A stretch of DNA of 62,510 bases from Neovahlkampfia damariscottae (taxonomy: Eukaryota). This document shows positions 1 to 8,284 of this stretch, in pieces; within the stretch, counting starts at the first letter, position 1, and every line of letters begins with the position of its first letter. A program made the translations under genes and the position numbers. The stretch covers positions 1 through 62,510 of the forward strand of contig JABLTG010000124.1 of NCBI GenBank assembly GCA_016618085.1, written 5' to 3'. Below the pieces are notes generated by a model. That model was not told the origin of the DNA. It worked only from the letters and a program-made list of their open reading frames with translations, and did no database searches.

Positions 1-72
1 AAACCCAAACCCAAACCCAAACCCAAACCCAAACCCAAACCCAAACCCAAACCCAAACCCAAACCCAAACCC
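1..72. repeat. Telomeric repeat (AAACCC)12, i.e. TTTGGG on the G-rich strand
   Basis: Twelve perfect hexamers at the very start of the window, with the C-rich strand at the 5' end as expected for a chromosome terminus. Confidence 0.93.
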
Positions 73-155
73 TAAACCAAAAACCCCAAAACCAAAAACT
101 TAAAACCCAAACCCAAAACCCAAAACTCAAAACTCAAAACCTAAAACTCAAAACC
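73..155. repeat. Degenerate telomere-variant repeats (AAAACCC, AAAACTC, AAAACCT)
   Basis: Imperfect 6-7-mer variants between the perfect array and unique sequence. Confidence 0.8.
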
Positions 156-159
156 AGAA

Positions 160-558
160 AGTCATCTAAATTCAAAAGAAGAATTTTATAAATTGGTATA
201 TGAAGATTTATTCATTGAATGGTCAGAAAATAAATTTGAATTTGTTTAAGAATTGAATAATTTATTTTAAAAAAATTTTAAAAAAGAATTAAAACTTATG
301 ATATTCAAATCAATTTAGTTAGGAAAAATTTCAAATGTTGTTATTTTGAATTCTTTCTAGAAATTGAAGAATTTTTTAAAATCACTAAAAACTATTTTTC
401 TAATAATGGACAACCTGATGCATTTGTGAGTTATTATGAAATGAAAAAGGAAAATAAAACATTAAAAGAAGAAAATGAATCAATGAAAAAAGAAATTGAA
501 TTTCTCAAATCATGTAACAGCCAAATTTCAAAAAACAGAAAATTATTTTACGAATCAA
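160..558 (+). pseudogene. Decayed, 5'-truncated copy of the 57.4-58.0 kb gene
   Basis: Collinear nucleotide match to about 57527-57865 (e.g. aagatttattcattgaatggtcagaaaataaat; ggacaacctgatgcatttgtgagttattatga) plus a short match to about 57981-58005; contains stops and indels. Confidence 0.85.
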
Positions 559-567
559 AAAGTTGAA

Positions 568-640
568 AGCCCGACGCGGGGCTCGAACCCGCGACCGTTA
601 GGTTAAAAGCCTAACGCTCTACCGACTGAGCTAGCCGGGC
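568..640 (-). tRNA. tRNA-Lys (anticodon TTT)
   Basis: GCCCGGCTAGCTCAGTCGGTAGAGCGTTAGGCTTTTAACCTAACGGTCGCGGGTTCGAGCCCCGCGTCGGGCT folds as a full cloverleaf with A and B boxes. Confidence 0.96.
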
Positions 641-813
641 TTTGATAAATATTTGAAAGATCATGCATAAAATTTGGTTTTGTGATTGTTTTTTTTCTGA
701 ATTTTTCATTACATGTTTTAATTAAGTTTATTTGAGTTTTGGATGTTGGTAAATTCCAACCAATCACGGGTAAACTAATTGACCAATAGTTTCGTTGTGT
801 GTATTTTTGTGAG

Positions 814-2043
814 ATGGGCAAAACATTACCACCAAAGATTAAAAAAGTGTTACTTTTAGAAGGTATTCATTCAGATGCTGCTGATAAATTCAAACAATAT
901 GGTATTGAAGTTGAATGTTTGACAGAAACTCTACCGGAAGAAGAGTTAAAACAAAAAATTAAAGATGTTAATATCATCGGAGTTCGTAGTAAAACTAAAT
1001 TATCAAAAGAAGTTCTTGATTGTGCTGAAAATTTATATTGTATTGGATCTTATACCAAAAATGCAAGACAAACAAATTATGATTATTCAATGAAGTTGGG
1101 CGTACCTGTTTTCAATTCACCTTTTGCACACGCCAGAAGTGTTGCTGAATTAATCCTTGCTGAAATGATTGCTCTTTCAAGAATGACACTTGACCACACT
1201 GAAACACTTCACAATAAAGGTTGGAAAAAAACTGCGACTGGTTGTTATGAAGTTAGAGGAAAAACACTTGGAATTATTGGTTATGGACATGTTGGTTCTC
1301 AATTATCAGTTATGGCAGAATCTTTTGGTATGAATGTACTTTTTTATGATATTAGAACTGTTTTAGCTCATGGAAATGCAACTTCAGTTTCTTTAGAACA
1401 ATTATTATCATCAAGTAATTTTATTTCACTTCACGCAGCTGATATTGATGAAAATAAAAATATGATCGGAGAAAAAGAATTTAAAACAATGCAAAAAGGA
1501 ACATTCTTTTTAAACGCATCCGCAGGAAGACTTGTTGATTATAATGCATTAGCAGAAGCAATAAAAAGTAAACATATTGCAGGATGTGCTGTTGATGCTC
1601 ATGTTGATGAACCACTTGACAATGGAGAAGACAATTTTGAATCACCACTCAGAAATCTTAAAAATACAATTTTGACACCACATATTGGAGGAGGTACACA
1701 AGAAGGACAAGAAGATATTGCAAATGATGTTACTGAAAAAATTATAAATTATTTACAATACGGAATTACTGTTGGTGCAATGAACTTTCCAATTATTGAT
1801 ATTGAAAGAAATGAAGATTCAAAAATTCAAAGACTTGCAATTATTCATCAAAATGTACCAGGTGTTATGAAAAATCTTAATAATATTTTGGAAAATTATA
1901 ATGTTGAAGGTCAATATTTAGGTGTTAAATCAACAACTGGATATTGTGTTATTGATGTTTCTGGTGAAAAAAGTGTTAATGAAATTATTGATTTAATTGG
2001 AAAAATGGATACTGTATTGACTGTAAGAAATTTAGATGAATAA
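814..2043 (+). CDS. serA: D-3-phosphoglycerate dehydrogenase-like protein (SerA type with C-terminal ACT domain), divergent active site
   Basis: GVRSKT, RSVAEL, EVRGKTLGIIGYGHVG, TPHIGG and ACT HQNVPG motifs; ATG at 814 downstream of CCAAT boxes; intronless. Confidence 0.85.
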   Translation: MGKTLPPKIKKVLLLEGIHSDAADKFKQYGIEVECLTETLPEEELKQKIKDVNIIGVRSKTKLSKEVLDCAENLYCIGSYTKNARQTNYDYSMKLGVPVFNSPFAHARSVAELILAEMIALSRMTLDHTETLHNKGWKKTATGCYEVRGKTLGIIGYGHVGSQLSVMAESFGMNVLFYDIRTVLAHGNATSVSLEQLLSSSNFISLHAADIDENKNMIGEKEFKTMQKGTFFLNASAGRLVDYNALAEAIKSKHIAGCAVDAHVDEPLDNGEDNFESPLRNLKNTILTPHIGGGTQEGQEDIANDVTEKIINYLQYGITVGAMNFPIIDIERNEDSKIQRLAIIHQNVPGVMKNLNNILENYNVEGQYLGVKSTTGYCVIDVSGEKSVNEIIDLIGKMDTVLTVRNLDE

Positions 2044-2108
2044 ATTTTATATTCCACAAAAAAAGAAATCCTAAAAATTAACCAATAAAAAAAAACGGTT
2101 GACTGGAG

Positions 2109-3326
2109 ATGCAAAAGAAAAAGAGCTTCCAGATCAATTTCAAAAACATACCCAAAAAGAGAGGAACTGTTTTTTCTTTTTCTTTATCAAAAGCTTTCAA
2201 AATAAAAAGTTCTGATGAATTGAACGAAGATGAAGAAACTGAAGATTTTGAAAAAAAAAAAAAAAAATTCTTCACTTTTGAAGAAATAACAGACAACTTG
2301 GAAACAGAAGAAAATCAGGATATGGTTAGAAAAATAACTGGAATTGAAAATATATACAAAAAACCAAATTCAAAAAAACTAAGAAGGAAAAACGTGGTCT
2401 CTGAAAATTCACCAGTTCCTTCAGATGATGAATTTGAATTAAATATTGATAATTTAATTGTTTCTATTTGTACTTGGAATGTTGGTGAAAGCTATTCACA
2501 AACAGTTGGAAAATGGATTTTTTCACATCAAGATTCAGATATTTATGCTGTTGGTTTTCAAGAAGTAGACATGACATTACCAACTATTGTTACAAATAAA
2601 TCTGATTATAAATTAATTTGGGATGAACATTTTGACTTTTACATTGATAAAGAAAAATATACAAAAATAATTTCACATCAATTAGTTGGATTGTATTCAA
2701 TAATATGTATAAAAAATGAGCATGTACCTTTTATATCTCCTGTAAGATGGTCTCAGATAGGTTTTGGATCATATGGACTTGGCAATAAAGGATGTATAGC
2801 ATATCAATTTGAACTGTATAAAAAAACTTTTTGTTTCATTAATACTCACTTTGAATCTGGTCAAAATAAAATTAAAGAAAGGAATGAAAATTATGATCAA
2901 ATTATAAACGATAATTTATTTGACAATCCAAAATTTTCACCTTTGAAACAAGACTTTGTTTATTTTTTTGGTGATTTTAATTATAGATTAAACTTAACTC
3001 GTGAAGAGGTTTTAAATTTAATAGAGAAAAAAAAATACTCAACTTTGATGGAATATGATCAACTCACTAAAGAAAAATTTAAAAATGGAGTTTTTAAAAA
3101 TTTTGAAGAAGAAGAAATAGACTTTCCACCTACTTATAGATTAGACAGAGGAACAAATACATATGACACATCAAAGAAAAAGAGGATTCCTTCTTATTGT
3201 GATCGAATTTTTATCAGAGCACCAGAGCATGAATATGAATGCGTTTTAAAACCAGAAGTAAACTTGAATGAAAATGTATCTGATCATCGTCCTATTTTTG
3301 TTTCCTACAAGAATCAATTAATATAA
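2109..3326 (+). CDS. Inositol polyphosphate 5-phosphatase
   Basis: TWNV, GFQEV, GNKG, FINTHF, FGDFNYRL, PSYCDRI and SDHRPI motifs. Confidence 0.93.
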   Translation: MQKKKSFQINFKNIPKKRGTVFSFSLSKAFKIKSSDELNEDEETEDFEKKKKKFFTFEEITDNLETEENQDMVRKITGIENIYKKPNSKKLRRKNVVSENSPVPSDDEFELNIDNLIVSICTWNVGESYSQTVGKWIFSHQDSDIYAVGFQEVDMTLPTIVTNKSDYKLIWDEHFDFYIDKEKYTKIISHQLVGLYSIICIKNEHVPFISPVRWSQIGFGSYGLGNKGCIAYQFELYKKTFCFINTHFESGQNKIKERNENYDQIINDNLFDNPKFSPLKQDFVYFFGDFNYRLNLTREEVLNLIEKKKYSTLMEYDQLTKEKFKNGVFKNFEEEEIDFPPTYRLDRGTNTYDTSKKKRIPSYCDRIFIRAPEHEYECVLKPEVNLNENVSDHRPIFVSYKNQLI

Positions 3327-3458
3327 AAAAAAAAAAAAAATGTAACAAAAAGAAAAGTGACAACATTAAAAATGGAAAAATTGAAAAAAAGTTCTTGTTT
3401 TCAACATACTTAAAATAAATATTTTTTGTAATTATAAGACAAAATATACGTTTTTATT

Positions 3459-4037
3459 TTAATAGTCATCATCTTGTGAAAAATCAAAACAACAACAAAT
3501 ATAAATTATGATATACGAAGTAATAGGAAATATGACAAGACAACATGATAATATAGCATAAATAACAGAAATTGAACCTACTGAAATTGATATAATTCCA
3601 ACTGTCATTGAGGTCATTACACCAGTCGCCAAAAAAATACCACCTAAGAAAAATGTAGCAACAACCAACATTGAAAAAAGAGAATTTACAACATGCAAAC
3701 AGTATCCACAACTGTTTACCAAAAGACCTAAACTTGAATTCATTCCTTCTCTTTCAAGCCATCCATAAAGCCTAAAACAAGAAACAGCTTGACAACAACA
3801 AGAGATGCACATATATATGATTACAATAAAGCTATATAATGATCCAATAATGATATATATAATTTGAAAAACTTGTTTCGCTTCTAAGTTCTCCGATAAA
3901 GCACATAAAAAAATTCCACAAAGAGTCAAAAATATTGGTGAGAATAAACCTAAACATTGAGCACACCAAGAAGGTAAATTAAATAACTTCCCAAAATTGG
4001 TAATTCCGTCTTCATCGTGATGATCCTCCACCCTCAT
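3459..4037 (-). CDS. Multi-pass Cys-rich membrane protein of unknown function
   Basis: About 4 hydrophobic segments; probable ATG at 4037 (MRVEDH), with ATTGG about 32 nt upstream. Confidence 0.65.
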   Translation of the reverse strand: MRVEDHHDEDGITNFGKLFNLPSWCAQCLGLFSPIFLTLCGIFLCALSENLEAKQVFQIIYIIIGSLYSFIVIIYMCISCCCQAVSCFRLYGWLEREGMNSSLGLLVNSCGYCLHVVNSLFSMLVVATFFLGGIFLATGVMTSMTVGIISISVGSISVIYAILSCCLVIFPITSYIIIYICCCFDFSQDDDY

Positions 4038-4245
4038 GAGGCAACGTTGAAAAAACTGAAATGGTTTGATTGGTTCAAATATTCTAATAATAATAATATT
4101 CGAAGTTGGATTCATGAATCCAATGATTTATTGAAATTAATAAAAATTTGTATCCCACAAAATTTCCTCCAATCATCAATCAATTTCCAACCATTAATCT
4201 GTGTTTGGTCTGGTTCATCAAAGAAATGAAAACAAATTCATTAAA

Positions 4246-4383
4246 TTATTTCATAAAGGAACTCCTGAATTTTTTGAAAAAAGATCAATTCAACATTTAC
4301 AAATATATCACGCTGCCTCTAATAACAATTTTAACATTTATAAATTACAAAAACACAAAGACCATCATGAATAAAACATCCAT
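4246..4383 (-). CDS. Putative 3-exon, 23-aa hydrophobic micro-ORF or 3' gene remnant (MDVLFMMVFVFLGSVIYLSSFMK)
   Basis: Two introns of typical size, GTAA..TAG (4348-4319) and GTAA..CAG (4300-4265), splice in frame to a TAA. Confidence 0.35.
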
Positions 4384-4412
4384 AGCTATATCTTCGTTAT
4401 AAAAAAAACAGT

Positions 4413-5036
4413 TTATTTCAAAATATCAATATAAGAATTCACAAAGTGAACATCATTTTTAGTTAATTCTCCAACTGCTTGTAAAAATTTTTTTGAATCA
4501 AATCTACCTTCTTCATCTTTTTTCTCAATATCTGATCTTGACGCTGTCAAATCTTTTGCGATAATAATTTCAATTTTATCTTTGTATTTCTTTTTTAAAT
4601 CCAAAGAAGTCTTTTTGACACAAGTGTTAGTTGAAAATCCACCCATCAATAATTTTGAGCATCCATTTTGAATAAATTCATCAATTTTATCAGAAAATTC
4701 ATTCTGTGTCATAGCTGAATTCTCGTATTTTGTGATTATAGTTGGATTTTTAATATTTTCAAAAACTCCTGGTGAAAAATCACAATCATTATTTTCTCCT
4801 ATTACACATAATTTCTCTAAACCTTTTGTTTTAAATTGGTTATGTTTATATTCAGATCTAACTATAATAGTAGGTATGTTGTTTTCTTGACAAAGTTCCA
4901 AGCAGGATTTAATATTTGGAAGTGTTTCTTGTATTTGTAGCAGGTCTATTGAACTATATGCTATTCCAAAACTGCCATCTTTTCCAGTGAAGCCTTTCTG
5001 AACGTCAATCAAAATAAAAACCAAATTTTCTTTCAT
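4413..5036 (-). CDS. Isochorismatase/nicotinamidase-family cysteine hydrolase
   Basis: Asp-Lys-Cys triad motifs LIDVQKGF, IITKY and GFSTNTCV; ATG at 5036. Confidence 0.88.
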   Translation of the reverse strand: MKENLVFILIDVQKGFTGKDGSFGIAYSSIDLLQIQETLPNIKSCLELCQENNIPTIIVRSEYKHNQFKTKGLEKLCVIGENNDCDFSPGVFENIKNPTIITKYENSAMTQNEFSDKIDEFIQNGCSKLLMGGFSTNTCVKKTSLDLKKKYKDKIEIIIAKDLTASRSDIEKKDEEGRFDSKKFLQAVGELTKNDVHFVNSYIDILK

Positions 5037-5195
5037 TCTATTGGCCAGATGAAATACAGCAATTATAAATGGACAAGAGGAAAAAAAAATTTTTGAATGA
5101 CAAAAAAAATATTTAAACAAGTTATACAATTTGGGATAATCAACCAATCATATTGATTTCATTTTGTTTGAGGACAGGTTGATACAAAATCAATC

Positions 5196-7275
5196 ATGAC
5201 AGAAACACTAAAAATACAACTAAAAGATAAATTGAAACCACTAGAAATCAATAAAGATCCATCACTATTATCAGTTGATATTTCAAAAAATTCAATTGGA
5301 AGTGCTTCTCCACGATCACCAAGAACACCAAAAACTCCTTTATTAAAGAAGCAAGAAGTATCAAAAATGAAATCAGAGTTATGTGAAATTTGTGATGAAA
5401 AAGATGCTACACATACTTGTCCAACATGTTTACAAAATTTTTGTATTCTTTGTTTGAAACCTTCACATCAGGGAGAAAAAAAATCACATTTATCAAATAT
5501 AACATTAATACAATCAACTAAAGTAATAAAAGGAAAAAAGAAAAAAAGTGAAGTTGAAAAAGAAATTGAGAATTTAGAACAACAATTACAAACTTTAACA
5601 TATGCAGAAGAAGATGTTATAAAAATTATTAGAAATAAATTTGAAAAAGCAAGAAATGAACTTAAAAATTATTCAAATGAATTAAAAAAAAATTTAATCT
5701 CCGGTGATAAAAAATCATCAGAAGAAATTACTTCATTAACTGTTAATGTGCACACAGAAAGATTAAATCCTGTATTATCAAAAATGATTACAATACAAGA
5801 TAAAAGAAGAAGAAATAAATTAATATTAGAAATTCTTTCATTAAGAAGTTGTGAAGAATGGTCAGAAGTTTTAGAGTTGACATCAAGAGAATTAGAAAAA
5901 AAAAATACGGATCTATTATTATGGGTTTATCAAGCAGAAGCATTAATTGAATTAGAACATGAAAAATCATCTCAAATTTGTGATTTTATTGTTTCATCCA
6001 ATACAATTTCTGCAGATGATGAATACGCAAAAGGAAAAGCATTTAAATTCTTAAATAATGAACAATATTGTTTTAAATACTTTCAAATGGCTGCAAATCA
6101 TGGATGTAATTTAGCTCAAAATGATTTAGGTGAATGTTATTCTCATGGATATGGTGTTGAGGAATCATTTGAAAAAGCAGCTTATTGGTTCTCAATGGCA
6201 GCTGAATTAGATGAACCAAGATCACAATGTAATCTTGGAAATTTATATTTAGATGGATATGGTGTCAAAAAAAATCCGATGTACGCTTTAAAATTTTATA
6301 CAAAATCTGCAATGTTAAATTATCCTCGTGGACTATTTCATGTTGCCTATTGTTATGAAAATGGACTTGGATGTGAAATTAATCTTGAAGAAGCTGTAAA
6401 ATTTTATAAGAAATCTGCAAAACTTGGATTCATTTTATCACAAAGATTTCTTGGAATGTATTATGAAGATGGTAAATTTCAAATTTTTTTATTGAATCAA
6501 TTTTAAAGGACTTGGTGGATTGAAGCAGAATTTCTCTGAAGCATTCAATTGGTATATTAAAGCAGCAAAGAAAAATGATCCTGCTTCATTATTTTATTGT
6601 GCTCAATTTTATGAAAATGATGGAAAAGAAGTGAAACAAGATGATAAACAAGCATTTAAACTTTATAAAGCAGCAGCAGAATTGGATCACCCAGGAGCTC
6701 AGAAAAAACTGGCATCTCTTTATTTCAAAGGAATTGGTTGTGAAGTTAATATTGCAGAATCCTATAAATGGACAGCTGTCTGCGCTGAAAGAGGAAATGC
6801 AGAATCAATGTATCACTTGGCAACATTTTATGATATAGGAGCAATTGTTTCAAAAGATTACATTCAAGCTTATTTTTGGTTCAGTAAAGCAGCAGAGAAG
6901 GGACATTCAAAAGCCCAAAATTCTTTGGCCAATTGTTTTCGTGATGGAAAAGGTGTAGAACAGGATTCAGAAGAAGCATTTTACTGGTTTAAATCATCAG
7001 CAGAAAGTGGATATAAAATTGGTCAAAGAAATGTTGCAATTTGTTATGAAACGGGTTTTGGAACTCAAAAAGATTTAAATTCGGCATTTTTTTGGTTTAA
7101 AAGAGCAGCAAATCAAGGTAGTATTGATTCAATGTATGATATTGGGATGATGTGGAAAAAAGGGAAAGGTGTAAGAAGAGATCATAAATTAGCAAAAAGA
7201 TGGTTAATTCTGGCAATGGAAAATGGAAATACCTCAGCAGAAGAAGAATTAAGAAAATTAGAATTTCATTATTAA
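5196..7275 (+). CDS. B-box zinc finger, coiled coil and Sel1-like repeat protein (intron 6472-6508)
   Basis: CEIC..CPTC..FCILC..SH B-box and many AQNDLGECY..G.GV Sel1 repeats; a 37-nt GT-AG intron joins the two ORFs in frame. Confidence 0.9.
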
Positions 7276-7359
7276 TCATAAATTTTCCATTCATTTGAGT
7301 TTTTATTTTGATTTTTCTGTTGTAATTAATCTACCAATGAAATCAAATACTAAGATTCA

Positions 7360-8284
7360 ATGAAAAGAAAAATAAGTTGCAAAGTTAGTCCGATAAAGAA
7401 ACTAAAAAGTTTAAATTTTGATTCAATTTTATATTTAGAAGATTATTTATTTCATATATTTTCCTTCTTTGATGGAAAAGACTTAAACAATAGCAGACGG
7501 ATTTGTAAAACATGGTATCTGACTCAAAAAAATGATTATTTTATTAAAAATCAATGTAAAATATTAAAAATAATCCAAAATAGAACTGTAGAAATTATCA
7601 AATCCATTCCAAACACAAATTCAATTCAAATACAAACTAGGAAAATTGAATTGGGATATTATCAAGGAAAAACACAAATTTTTATACAAAATCCAGATAA
7701 TAATACAAATACTTTATTAAAAGAATTTAATTATAAAAATAATAAAAAAGAAGGTATTGAAATTACCTATCAATCAAATAAAATAAAATCAAAAAAAACT
7801 TATAAACAAAATAAGCAAATTGGCAAAGTGGAAGGTAATAAGAATGATGTTAATTTATTTTTTAGTTTTTGATATTAATGAAAAATTAATTTTAAAATAT
7901 GAAAAAAATGAAAATGAAAAATATGAAGGAGAATTTAAGAAATTAAAAAATGGAAAAAAGATTCAAGTGTTAAATTTTAAAAATGGAAAGAGACATGGAT
8001 TATGTGAAAATTATCAAGAAAATGGATCTGAAATATTATCAACAAGGTTCAATTATTCAAATGGAAAAAAACATGGAAAATGTGAATCTTGGAATTTAAA
8101 AAGCTCAAAATCATTTTTAGAATATTCAGTTGAATGGAAAGATGGAAAAAAACATGGATCTTTTTTGAAATACTTTTCAAATGGTAAATTAAATTTGAGA
8201 ATGAAATTTGAGAATGGAAAATTAAAAAACGAAAGAGAAGAGTTTTTTAAAAATGGAGAAATTGTAAAAATGTTAAAGTTTTAA
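7360..8284 (+). CDS. F-box and MORN-variant repeat protein (intron 7835-7865)
   Basis: DYLFHIFSFFDGKDL..RRICKTW F-box and NGKKHG repeats; 31-nt intron restores the frame. Confidence 0.8.

Noticed and set aside
603..821. 72-aa minus-strand ORF overlapping the tRNA, and many other 60-110 aa ORFs in the track
   Set aside because: They overlap tRNA-Lys or lie antisense/out of frame to well-supported genes and have no motifs
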